Of a stretch of 20,000 nt of DNA, positions 1-8,012 are shown piece after piece. The stretch is from an uncultured virus (IMG/VR IMGVR_UViG_3300036398_005783). Taxonomy: Duplodnaviria; Heunggongvirae; Uroviricota; Caudoviricetes. Within the stretch, counting starts at the first letter, position 1; every line of letters begins with the position of its first letter. The notes below the pieces were generated by a model, which was given only the letters and a program-made list of their open reading frames with translations, made no database searches and had not been told where the DNA came from. The translations under genes and the position numbers were made by a program. Location: the IMG/VR virus record IMGVR_UViG_3300036398_005783. The stretch is one strand, 5' to 3'.

Positions 1-297
1 TAAAAAAAACTTAACTCTATCAACATTATTTTGTGAAATGCCTATGAATAATAAGTGTATTTGATTTGATATATCAAATTTTAAGCCAATAGTAGAAAGT
101 GCATATAGTAATTCATAATTCGGTTCTTCTTTATATAATTCATTTACAAACCAAAAATCTATTTCTTCATCGCTCATTGAATTAAACTTATTAATTTCTG
201 GAATAAGTTTAGGATTAAAGCCAAGAAAATCAGATATATCTTTTTGAATATCTAAATTTTCACTTTCAAACAAATTAAATGGTTTTATATATTTCAT
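1..297 (-). CDS. Partial (runs off window start) ankyrin-family paralog with MKYIK-type leader
   Basis: Not in ORF track. Manual translation from ATG at 297 is open to base 1: MKYIKPFNLFESENLDIQ...NELYKEEPNYELL...QNNVDRVKFFL. Shares the E-x(0-1)-PN(Y/F) block with ORFs 331-915 and 5460-5939. Confidence 0.75.
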   Translation of the reverse strand, partial: MKYIKPFNLFESENLDIQKDISDFLGFNPKLIPEINKFNSMSDEEIDFWFVNELYKEEPNYELLYALSTIGLKFDISNQIHLLFIGISQNNVDRVKFFL

Positions 298-330
298 AAC
301 TTTTGCATTTTTACTACGATTAAGCCGAAA

Positions 331-915
331 TTATTCTTCTATATCAGGTTTAAGTATTTGATTCTTTTCTTTTCTCCAATCAGATAATTCATCCCATGCA
401 GTTTTATTATCTTTATTTTTTATATTTTTATCTGCTCCATTTTTTAACAGAAAATTTAACATTTTGTCATTGTTAGTATAAAAGAGAACAGTATTACCTA
501 AATCATCAGTAGCATTAATATCTGCACCCATCTTAATAAAAAGAGATGCTATTGAATTATCTTCCTTAACAGCAACATGTAATGGTGTCATACCTTTTTT
601 AATTCTATACCTATCTGTTTCTCCACTTTTTACATCTATGTTTGCATCTTCTTTCAATAGCATTCTCGCTAATTTTCCATCATTTAATCTAGCAATATAA
701 TGTAAAGGTGCTAACCCATGCTTATCCCTTCCATCTAATTGAACAAGTCTTAAATCAATCAAATCCTGAATTTCATCATAATTAGGCCATTCAGTATTGA
801 CTTTACTATTAAACATCTCCTGTAGTTCATCAAAAGACTTACTTGTTAAAGAAATGTATTTAATTTCTTTAGCAAAGTCTTCCTCAAAAGTTTCATACAA
901 CTTAATATATTTCAT
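331..915 (-). CDS. Ankyrin repeat protein with CTS-like leader
   Basis: Repeats GLAPLHYIA, GMTPLHVAV..GADINATDDLGNTVLFY, LLKNGADKNIKNKDNKTAWD; N-terminus MKYIKLYETFEE. Confidence 0.9.
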   Translation of the reverse strand: MKYIKLYETFEEDFAKEIKYISLTSKSFDELQEMFNSKVNTEWPNYDEIQDLIDLRLVQLDGRDKHGLAPLHYIARLNDGKLARMLLKEDANIDVKSGETDRYRIKKGMTPLHVAVKEDNSIASLFIKMGADINATDDLGNTVLFYTNNDKMLNFLLKNGADKNIKNKDNKTAWDELSDWRKEKNQILKPDIEE

Positions 916-956
916 ATAAACGCATTAAATTTAATAACGAAAAGTTCGCTTTACTC

Positions 957-964
957 TATATATC
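957..964 (-). promoter_or_regulatory. Class II (late-like) promoter GATATATA
   Basis: GATATATAG on minus strand about 42 nt upstream of ATG 915; motif recurs before many genes. Confidence 0.65.
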
Positions 965-985
965 AAAAGCCCTTAACGGGCTTTT
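965..985. terminator. Intrinsic terminator
   Basis: AAAAGCCC-ttaac-GGGCTTTT inverted repeat downstream of 1012-1260. Confidence 0.75.
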
Positions 986-1011
986 AGATATTTTTTTATT
1001 TATAACTTTTA

Positions 1012-1260
1012 TTATTGATTTTCAAATGACATCAATTCTTCTGTATCTTCATTATACAACTCATTCATTGTTGTATTTTGAGCAATAGTTTTTAAGAAAT
1101 GAGAATAGTCTTTTGATACAGCATCATCAATTATACTATTAATTTCCAAATCACTCCATTGCTGATTAGAAGCAGTTTTAATAAATGAATCCATAATGTG
1201 CAAAGCATTTCCATTGAAATCTTTACCATCCATAATAACTAATTTTCTTTCTGATTTCAT
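1012..1260 (-). CDS. Small conserved phage-type hypothetical protein
   Basis: Pattern NGNAL-IM..F...W...EI..I...A...DY.H.L recalls a widespread small phage family (from memory); SD GAGGA upstream. Confidence 0.7.
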   Translation of the reverse strand: MKSERKLVIMDGKDFNGNALHIMDSFIKTASNQQWSDLEINSIIDDAVSKDYSHFLKTIAQNTTMNELYNEDTEELMSFENQ

Positions 1261-1275
1261 AACGATTCCTCAAAA

Positions 1276-1821
1276 TTATTTGGACAATTTGGTAGAAAAT
1301 AAAGTAATAAGGTAAATTTCAGAATTTACAACAGTTCTTGAAAGCATTGAAATTACTTGGTTTGGACAATTATTGTCAGCCCATGTATAAGAAATTCCGC
1401 TACTTTGATTTGGGTAATATTTTCCAGGTTTTTTATAGATGGCTTCAACTTTGCTCTTCAATGATTCTGCTAGTTTTGGACCACTTGATAAAGGTGCGTA
1501 AATAATTGTTCCAATTCTTGAAATCTTTTCATCTGGAGAAAAACCAATTTCATAAGTTAAAATACTTCCTTGCTCCCATCTGATTGTTGAATCGGTTTCA
1601 GTAAATGAGATGCCCTCATTAGATAAAGCATATTTAATCATTTCTCTATTGTGATCCCAAGAAACAACCCATACTCCTTTATCCGAATCAACCATTACAT
1701 CATATTCTTTACAATAAGAAAGAATTACATCTTTTCTCCAACCAATCGGATTACTCGTTGATTGACTAAACAAACTGCTATAACCCAACAAAATAGAAAT
1801 AGCAACAATAAATGTTTTCAT
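1276..1821 (-). CDS. Secreted hypothetical protein (signal peptide); start corrected from 1890 to 1821
   Basis: MKTFIVAISILLGYSSLFS-Q signal peptide; SD GAGG 5 nt upstream; the longer start overlaps the promoter. Confidence 0.75.
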   Translation of the reverse strand: MKTFIVAISILLGYSSLFSQSTSNPIGWRKDVILSYCKEYDVMVDSDKGVWVVSWDHNREMIKYALSNEGISFTETDSTIRWEQGSILTYEIGFSPDEKISRIGTIIYAPLSSGPKLAESLKSKVEAIYKKPGKYYPNQSSGISYTWADNNCPNQVISMLSRTVVNSEIYLITLFSTKLSK

Positions 1822-1859
1822 ACAAACCTCAAAAATAATAAAATTAAAAATTGACAATA

Positions 1860-1890
1860 CAAAGATAATAAAAAGTAGTGAATAATCCAA
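1860..1890 (-). promoter_or_regulatory. Class I FCB-type promoter
   Basis: TTGG-N19-TATCTTTG. Confidence 0.8.
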
Positions 1891-1922
1891 ATAAAATATT
1901 TTAAGAATACATTTTCAAATCT

Positions 1923-1930
1923 GATATATA
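1923..1930 (+). promoter_or_regulatory. Class II promoter GATATATA
   Basis: About 25 nt upstream of ATG 1955. Confidence 0.65.
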
Positions 1931-1954
1931 GAATTAAATATAACTTTTAATATT

Positions 1955-2680
1955 ATGGCTACAAAATATGTCAAATTATTTGAAAATTGGCTCAACGAAG
2001 ACGAAAATAAACAAAATGAGCAAAAACCATTTAATCCCGATAAACCTAGTTTAACAAATGTTCTTCTAATAAAAACAGAAGATATTGAAAAGAATCCACA
2101 AAAAGATGGTGAAATTATAGAAAGTATAGTTGATAGAATAGCATCCAAAATGGGAGAAAAAAATACAACTGTAAATGTATTCAAATACTATATGGGTGAA
2201 CCAGATTATAAGAATGGTCTTTTTCCTCTTTTCAAAAATGCTGAAGATACCAATAAACAAGTAATTTGGAAACCTTTTAGTGAAGGTGGAGAAACAAAAG
2301 GATTATTACCATTTGCTTCTGGTAAAGGTCCGCAAGAACCAAAAGGCAATTTTTATTTAGAAACATATGTTATACCAATGGCAGAAGATTGGAAAATGCA
2401 AGGCGATATATTAAACAATGATAAAGTTTTGATTATTGCAAAAAGTGATAAAAAAAGCAAAATGGCATTAAATTCTAAATGGTGGCTTTGGAATCATAAG
2501 AAGAGAGTTTGGGAATTAGTTTCTCTCGGTCAAATTGCAATGTTTGGATCAAGCGATTTCAAAGACCAAAGTTATCTTACTGACGCTACTAAATCAACTC
2601 CTTCACTAATATCAGGGTATTTAGATATGAAAGATTTTTATGAAAAGTATGCACCTGAAATTGAAGAACCTGAATCTTAA
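1955..2680 (+). CDS. Hypothetical protein with CTS-like leader
   Basis: 241-aa ORF starting MATKYVKLFENWLNE; promoter upstream, terminator downstream. Confidence 0.8.
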   Translation: MATKYVKLFENWLNEDENKQNEQKPFNPDKPSLTNVLLIKTEDIEKNPQKDGEIIESIVDRIASKMGEKNTTVNVFKYYMGEPDYKNGLFPLFKNAEDTNKQVIWKPFSEGGETKGLLPFASGKGPQEPKGNFYLETYVIPMAEDWKMQGDILNNDKVLIIAKSDKKSKMALNSKWWLWNHKKRVWELVSLGQIAMFGSSDFKDQSYLTDATKSTPSLISGYLDMKDFYEKYAPEIEEPES

Positions 2681-2702
2681 AACATTAATAAGTATTTCAA
2701 AT

Positions 2703-2733
2703 AAAGGTGGTAGTTAAACTAACCACCTTTTTT
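2703..2733. terminator. Bidirectional intrinsic terminator
   Basis: AAAGGTGGT...ACCACCTTTTTT between convergent genes. Confidence 0.8.
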
Positions 2734-3302
2734 TATTTTTCACAGATTCGTTTTGGCAACTCTGGATTATGATCTTGAAGATAAAAAAGATTTAGAGAAG
2801 CCACAATTCCATTTTTTGTTTCAATCCAATCAATAGTAACAAATGTAAATTCTTCATTCATAATTGCTTCCCAATGAGGTTGGCTATTTTTCCACCCATT
2901 GAAAAATTTTTCTAAGCATTCTTCATTCTCAATGTATGGAGGAATAATAGCTGAACATTCTCCTTTCAAACCAAATTTTACATTATTAGGAAGATTAACA
3001 CTATTGAAGAAACAAATATCTTTCTTAAAATTAAAATGCAATGCTTTTCTGGAATCGCTCATAAATAGTTCTTTAGACAAAGTATCTAAATGCTCTTTGA
3101 TTGATTGTGTTCTTTGGCGTGAAAGATTTTCATACTCAAAAGAATAACGGAATGGAGAAAGACCTGCTTCTACCCTATATTTATTCAATGAATCTAAAAT
3201 TTCCATTTTATCTTCAAGAGTAATAATAGTTTTATTTTCAGAAGAATTTTGAGCAAACAAACTTGTTGCAAAGAGAAACAATATAATTACAAACTTTTTC
3301 AT
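2733..3302 (-). CDS. Secreted CAP/SCP-domain protein
   Basis: Signal peptide MKKFVIILFLFATSLFA; LNKYRVEAGLSPF, GEC, GWKNSQPHWEAIMN CAP motifs; SD GGAG. Confidence 0.8.
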   Translation of the reverse strand: MKKFVIILFLFATSLFAQNSSENKTIITLEDKMEILDSLNKYRVEAGLSPFRYSFEYENLSRQRTQSIKEHLDTLSKELFMSDSRKALHFNFKKDICFFNSVNLPNNVKFGLKGECSAIIPPYIENEECLEKFFNGWKNSQPHWEAIMNEEFTFVTIDWIETKNGIVASLNLFYLQDHNPELPKRICEK

Positions 3303-3332
3303 AAGATAACTCCGTTGTTTTAATTTCTAATA

Positions 3333-3363
3333 CAAACATAATAAAAAATATAGAATAATCCAA
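3333..3363 (-). promoter_or_regulatory. Class I FCB-type promoter
   Basis: TTGG-N19-TATGTTTG. Confidence 0.8.
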
Positions 3364-3380
3364 GAAAAAAGTTAAAAATC

Positions 3381-3536
3381 TTAATAATACTTAAATTTGA
3401 AAGTTCTGCATTCAAATTTATTCTCTTTCTTTTTCTTATCTTCAACGATTCTGCTTTTGAAACGACCATCGTATGCACCAGCTTCAAGCATCTGTTCTCT
3501 CTTTATTTTGAGATATATGTTGCTTTTCTTTTTCAT
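3381..3536 (-). CDS. 51-aa basic peptide, ArfA-like candidate
   Basis: Not in ORF track: MKKKSNIYLKIKREQMLEAGAYDGRFKSRIVEDKKKKENKFECRTFKFKYY; own class I promoter and SD AAGGA. Gene call is firmer than the function. Confidence 0.7.
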   Translation of the reverse strand: MKKKSNIYLKIKREQMLEAGAYDGRFKSRIVEDKKKKENKFECRTFKFKYY

Positions 3537-3566
3537 AATATAATTCCTTAAATAAAATAACTATTA

Positions 3567-3597
3567 CAAACATAATAAAAAATACAATACATTCCAA
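3567..3597 (-). promoter_or_regulatory. Class I FCB-type promoter
   Basis: TTGG-N19-TATGTTTG. Confidence 0.8.
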
Positions 3598-3609
3598 ATA
3601 AAAATTACA

Positions 3610-4122
3610 TTATTTCTCAAAATCTATCTTGTGAACTTCAAGCGGAACGAACATATTTACAATAGGATATTGACCATCATAATATATTCCATCAAAATGC
3701 TTTTGGAGTTTTTCTAAAAGGTATTGAAAATTCATACCACCCATTTTCATAAAGTTATTTATTATTTCAAAAATTTCTAATGAAAGCAATTTGAATGTAT
3801 CTGGAGATTTTCTATAAAACTCAATCGCTTCAATTATATTAAATATAGTATCACCCGAAACTGTGGTTTTATAGAGATAATTAGAAGAACGAACTACTAA
3901 TGGTTCTGTTTTAGTTAAATCTGTATAATAAAATACTCTTGCGACATCCGAGCGTTTATAATCATTCATTGAATAATATTGTGCTCTTTTCTTTGCTTCA
4001 ATTGGATCAAGTATTGTTTCTTCACCCAAATCCTGATTTGTATAGTGAAATAAATTTACTTTACCTTCTAAAGTAAAAGGAAGGGGGTTTCCCCCCTTGC
4101 TATTTTTAATATCTGAATTCAT
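3610..4122 (-). CDS. Hypothetical protein, possible ADP-ribosyltransferase-like fold
   Basis: Motif order LFHYT...VFYYTD...YLY...FDGIYY resembles ART-like domains of phage polyvalent proteins; overlaps the metK 3' end. Confidence 0.5.
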   Translation of the reverse strand: MNSDIKNSKGGNPLPFTLEGKVNLFHYTNQDLGEETILDPIEAKKRAQYYSMNDYKRSDVARVFYYTDLTKTEPLVVRSSNYLYKTTVSGDTIFNIIEAIEFYRKSPDTFKLLSLEIFEIINNFMKMGGMNFQYLLEKLQKHFDGIYYDGQYPIVNMFVPLEVHKIDFEK

Positions 4123-5332
4123 TGATTTCTAAACTATTTGGAATGTATATATCGGAACTTTGTTCCGAACTACCATTTTTTTGGTAAGACTCCCATTTGA
4201 AGAATGATACATCTCCATTCTTTTTATGTGGATTACCAAAGTGACCATATCTTGATGTTTGCAAATAAATAGGAGATTTTAATTCTAAATAATCTATAAT
4301 AGAACTTGGGGTTAAATCTTCTAAATTAAAATCTTGAAGACTATATTCTTTACCATTAGTAGAATCAAATATTCTATAAGAGATAGGATATTTTTCTCCA
4401 ATTGCATAAGAAAGTTGAACTTTAATATTTTTGGCTTCTGGATTATTATGTAATGTTGTGAGTGCTATATGTCTTGCCATATAAGCAGCACTCCTATCAA
4501 CTTTACTTGGATCTTTTCCAGAAAATGCACCGCCACCTATTTCACAATCAGCACCATATTGATCTACAACAATTTTTCTTCCAGTTAAACCTGAATCTGA
4601 AACTGGACCTCCCATATTCCAAGTTCCTGCTGGATTGATGTAATACTTGGTTGTATTTTGAAATAGAGACTTAATTTCTTCAGGAACAGAATCAAGAACT
4701 TTTGGAAGAAGAACATAATGAAATAATTCTCTTAATGCTTTTAGAGAAAGTTCTTCTTTATGACATGTTGAAAAAACTAAAGAATGAACTTTTTTCGCTT
4801 TTCCATTTTCAAATTCAAGAGAAATTTGACTTTTCATATCAGGTCTAAACGGATACAATTTATCTCTAAATTCATACGCTTCTGAAATAAAAAGTTTTGA
4901 CAAATAAATAGGCAAAGGCATTTTTGTTGGAGTGTCATTTGTTGCAAATCCAAACATAATTCCTTGATCACCTGCTGTGACTTCCTCACCTGTTACAACA
5001 GCGTGATTAATTTCAGGTGATTGTTTTGATATATCAAATTGAATATTACAAGTATTACCATTAAAACCCAATTCATCGGAATTATATCCGATTTCAGAAA
5101 TGCAATTACGAACTGCATTCTCAATATAATCATTACTCAATTCAATATCGGATGTTATCTCACCAGCCAAATAAACATTATTACCCTTTACAAGAGTCTC
5201 ACATGCTACTTTGGCATTAGGATCGACCGATAGGTATGCATCTAAAACCACATCAGAAATTTGATCCGCTACTTTATCTGGGTGACCAGGTGAAACATAT
5301 TCACTTGTCCAGATATAAGAATTTTTACTCAT
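4106..5332 (-). CDS. metK: S-adenosylmethionine synthetase
   Basis: SEYVSPGHPDKVADQISD, VACET, AGDQGIMFG, GLTGRKIVVD, GGGAFSGKDPSKVDRSAAY, YGHFG; SD GAGG. Confidence 0.97.
   Translation of the reverse strand: MSKNSYIWTSEYVSPGHPDKVADQISDVVLDAYLSVDPNAKVACETLVKGNNVYLAGEITSDIELSNDYIENAVRNCISEIGYNSDELGFNGNTCNIQFDISKQSPEINHAVVTGEEVTAGDQGIMFGFATNDTPTKMPLPIYLSKLFISEAYEFRDKLYPFRPDMKSQISLEFENGKAKKVHSLVFSTCHKEELSLKALRELFHYVLLPKVLDSVPEEIKSLFQNTTKYYINPAGTWNMGGPVSDSGLTGRKIVVDQYGADCEIGGGAFSGKDPSKVDRSAAYMARHIALTTLHNNPEAKNIKVQLSYAIGEKYPISYRIFDSTNGKEYSLQDFNLEDLTPSSIIDYLELKSPIYLQTSRYGHFGNPHKKNGDVSFFKWESYQKNGSSEQSSDIYIPNSLEINEFRY
4146..4153 (-). promoter_or_regulatory. Class II promoter embedded in metK 3' end
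   Basis: GATATATA about 24 nt upstream of ATG 4122. Confidence 0.5.
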
Positions 5333-5382
5333 AAAACCTCAAAAATAAAAACAACAATTAATATAAAGTAAATTAGTTATCA

Positions 5383-5413
5383 CAAAGATAATAAATATTC
5401 CAATACAAAGCAA
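5383..5413 (-). promoter_or_regulatory. Class I FCB-type promoter (metK)
   Basis: TTGC-N19-TATCTTTG. Confidence 0.8.
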
Positions 5414-5433
5414 ATTATTTTTATCCATTTATA

Positions 5434-5441
5434 GATATATA
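5434..5441 (+). promoter_or_regulatory. Class II promoter GATATATA
   Basis: About 19 nt upstream of ATG 5460. Confidence 0.6.
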
Positions 5442-5459
5442 AGGAAAATGATTCTTTAT

Positions 5460-5939
5460 ATGAGATACATTAAAGTATTTGAAGATTTTTATGAAGTAAA
5501 TGAAATAGGATATAGACCCATAGATAATAATGAAATTTCATCAAATACTCAAAATTACTTAAATGATATTTTTTTCAAGGAATTAGGTAAATCAGAACCA
5601 AATTTTGAAATTATAGAGAATTTGTTAAAAAATAAAATAGTAGATATAAATTGTAAGGGTATATGGAATAGAACAGCACTCCATCTTTCAGCATATTACA
5701 ATCATATAAATATAATTAAAATGCTTTTAGAATTAGGAATTGATATAGAAAGTTTAGATATTTGGAACAAAACAGCATTACATATAGCATCTTTTTATAA
5801 TAGATTTGAGATTATTCAAATGCTTTTGAATAAAGGTTCAGATAACAATAAAAAAGATAGTTATGGAAAAACTGCTTGGGATTATGCAAATGAATTTATT
5901 AAGATTTCATTACCTGAATTAAAACCTAAAAATAAATAA
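5460..5939 (+). CDS. Ankyrin repeat protein with CTS-like leader (alternative start 5448)
   Basis: RTALHLSAYYNHINIIKMLLELG, KTALHIASFYNRFEIIQMLLNKG, GKTAWDYA; MRYIKVFEDFYEVNE leader. Confidence 0.9.
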   Translation: MRYIKVFEDFYEVNEIGYRPIDNNEISSNTQNYLNDIFFKELGKSEPNFEIIENLLKNKIVDINCKGIWNRTALHLSAYYNHINIIKMLLELGIDIESLDIWNKTALHIASFYNRFEIIQMLLNKGSDNNKKDSYGKTAWDYANEFIKISLPELKPKNK

Positions 5940-5946
5940 TAATACT

Positions 5947-6081
5947 ATGAAATTCACAAAAATAAGAATGGGAAAAGAAAACCGAAAATTAAGAATAGGA
6001 ATTGGAAAATATGAAGGTTCTTGGTTTTTTAGAATAGATTTATGGTTTATTGGTTTCAGATTATCAAGTAAAAAATCCTGA
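5947..6081 (+). CDS. 44-aa basic/aromatic hypothetical peptide
   Basis: Not in ORF track: MKFTKIRMGKENRKLRIGIGKYEGSWFFRIDLWFIGFRLSSKKS; begins 7 nt after the previous stop. Confidence 0.6.
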   Translation: MKFTKIRMGKENRKLRIGIGKYEGSWFFRIDLWFIGFRLSSKKS

Positions 6082-6088
6082 TATATAG
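6080..6088 (+). promoter_or_regulatory. Class II promoter with no downstream CDS
   Basis: GATATATAG followed by a hairpin and terminator only. Confidence 0.55.
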
Positions 6089-6092
6089 AAAT

Positions 6093-6177
6093 ATGGGTAC
6101 TTGACTCCTCTGCTTTATATCAAAGCATAATCAAGTAGGAATGGGAAAGGGAAAGAGGGCTTTTAGCCCTCTTTTTA
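6093..6177 (+). ncRNA. Candidate late-expressed small RNA (~85 nt)
   Basis: Promoter box, stem TACTTGA/TCAAGTA with inner TGCTTT/AAAGCA, purine-rich linker, terminator; only a 3-codon ORF. Confidence 0.5.
6152..6176. terminator. Bidirectional intrinsic terminator
   Basis: AAAGAGGGC-tttta-GCCCTCTTTTT. Confidence 0.85.
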
Positions 6178-6178
6178 T

Positions 6179-7633
6179 TTATTGCATAATTTGAATTTTC
6201 TCAACTATCATATCTCCTACATGCTTTCCATTATGTTTATAGAATGAAAAATTGTAAGATTCCGCTTTGTTAATTTCATATTCAAATGTAACAAGAGTTC
6301 TTCCACTTTTGGTTGTTTCTTTACAACATCCTCCACCGCAATCTTTTGAAATCATCTCATGATCAGAACCGAAGAAAGTCATATAACCTACAAAGTTAGG
6401 TATTGATGGGTATGGTAAAATATTCTTGTTTCTATTCAGATAAACTTCATAAACTCCCTTTGGTCTTTTAGTAAAAGATACTTGTATTAAAACTTTTGTT
6501 TTAGCATTAAAACTTGATTTTAATGGTTGCTTTTTCACATTAATAGTAATAGCATCTGTTATCTGAGAGTTAATAGATATTTTTTCCACACTTTCGCCAA
6601 TCACTTGTTTGAATGATGCCTGAGCAAGTAATTGATTTTCATTCTTCATAACGGGTGTATCATCAAAATCATAGTCCATAGTGTAAAGAATTTTCATAAC
6701 ATCTTCCATTGTATAGACTACTTTCTTACCATGTTCATCAAAAAATACATAGTCCCAAGGAATTGATTTTAATTCTTCAATAGTTACCATTTGACCATTT
6801 TTTGAATTTGTCCATTGTTGCCAAATTCTATCTATATTTGAATGATGCATCCAAAATATAGGATCAAAACCTGCTGTTGGAACCCAACCCATTAAACCAT
6901 CTTCAGTAATCGTGCCTGTAATTGTATTATTAAAACGCTTTCCATCAGGTTCATTACCATGACCAATATAATCATGTATAGCACCATGTGGAGCATTGTT
7001 TATATTTTTACAATACATTTGATATGTAGTGTAATCATTCAATTTTGTTAAATCTAATGCTCTTTCGATTTCACCTGAAATTGGATGTCCATTATTAATA
7101 CTATCAAATCTGCAAGATTCCCATAAACTTGATGATGGATTTCTGAATGTTGGGTGAAGATATTTATCCTTTGGATTTGAATTGGTATATCCCCAATATG
7201 GTAAAGCAAAATCCTTATGTCCTGATAACCTTCTTACAATCTTTTCAAAATGATAAATGTATAATCTATGCCAAACTAAAAAATGTAACTTTTCTTTTCC
7301 GCTAGGTGAATGTGTGCAATTATCCCAAGCAATCTTTTTATCAAGATATGTATGATATGATTCACACAATTTATTATTATTAATCGTATCTGGAATCCAA
7401 TGAATCGCTCCTTGATAATACCAACTTAATGGATTATTGCAATTCTTATCCCTCATAATTTTGAATGCTTTTTCAAGTGCTTCAACATCTTTTTTTGCTT
7501 CTGCCGAAAAGTAATTTTTTCTAACATAGCGAGTTGGTTCTTCTTGGATTCTTAACCATACAAAATATCCTATTGCTTGTAAAAGCACAACAGATAATGT
7601 AATTAAAATCCACTTGTTTTTCAGGATTTTCAT
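6179..7633 (-). CDS. Tyrosinase / polyphenol oxidase (type-3 copper protein), N-terminal membrane anchor
   Basis: CuA: GAIHW, NCTH, FLVWHRLYIYHFE; ALPYW; CuB: APHGAIHDYIG, FDPIFWMHHSNIDRIW; C-terminal PPO-like domain (GVYEVYLN...FVGYMTFFG). Confidence 0.93.
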   Translation of the reverse strand: MKILKNKWILITLSVVLLQAIGYFVWLRIQEEPTRYVRKNYFSAEAKKDVEALEKAFKIMRDKNCNNPLSWYYQGAIHWIPDTINNNKLCESYHTYLDKKIAWDNCTHSPSGKEKLHFLVWHRLYIYHFEKIVRRLSGHKDFALPYWGYTNSNPKDKYLHPTFRNPSSSLWESCRFDSINNGHPISGEIERALDLTKLNDYTTYQMYCKNINNAPHGAIHDYIGHGNEPDGKRFNNTITGTITEDGLMGWVPTAGFDPIFWMHHSNIDRIWQQWTNSKNGQMVTIEELKSIPWDYVFFDEHGKKVVYTMEDVMKILYTMDYDFDDTPVMKNENQLLAQASFKQVIGESVEKISINSQITDAITINVKKQPLKSSFNAKTKVLIQVSFTKRPKGVYEVYLNRNKNILPYPSIPNFVGYMTFFGSDHEMISKDCGGGCCKETTKSGRTLVTFEYEINKAESYNFSFYKHNGKHVGDMIVEKIQIMQ

Positions 7634-7684
7634 AAAATATATCAGAATAATTTTAAAAATAATAACCTTGTAGATTATTCTGAA

Positions 7685-7692
7685 GATATATA
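7685..7692 (+). promoter_or_regulatory. Class II promoter GATATATA
   Basis: About 25 nt upstream of ATG 7717. Confidence 0.6.
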
Positions 7693-7716
7693 AAATTAAT
7701 AAAATATGTTTATACT

Positions 7717-7944
7717 ATGGGATATTATATTGGAAATATATTTGAAGATAATTATTCAGATAAAAATGAAATAAGTTCAGAGCAATTTAGTGAGTACATT
7801 GATTCTTCAATCATACCTGATAAAGCACTATCGGAAGATAATAAATACTTCTTCGTTCCGACTATTGATTCTGACATAGAAAATAGTGAGATATTTATAG
7901 TTTTCAATCCCAACCAATCAGTTTATTATTTATTTCACATTTGA
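7717..7944 (+). CDS. Small acidic hypothetical protein
   Basis: 75-aa ORF bounded by a class II box and a terminator. Confidence 0.65.
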   Translation: MGYYIGNIFEDNYSDKNEISSEQFSEYIDSSIIPDKALSEDNKYFFVPTIDSDIENSEIFIVFNPNQSVYYLFHI

Positions 7945-7961
7945 TTTATCTATAAAACAAA

Positions 7962-7991
7962 AAAACCCCATATCGTAAAATATGGGGTTTT
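7962..7991. terminator. Bidirectional intrinsic terminator
   Basis: AAAACCCCATAT-cgtaaa-ATATGGGGTTTT between convergent genes. Confidence 0.85.
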
Positions 7992-8012
7992 ATTTTATCT
8001 GTAAAATAATGA

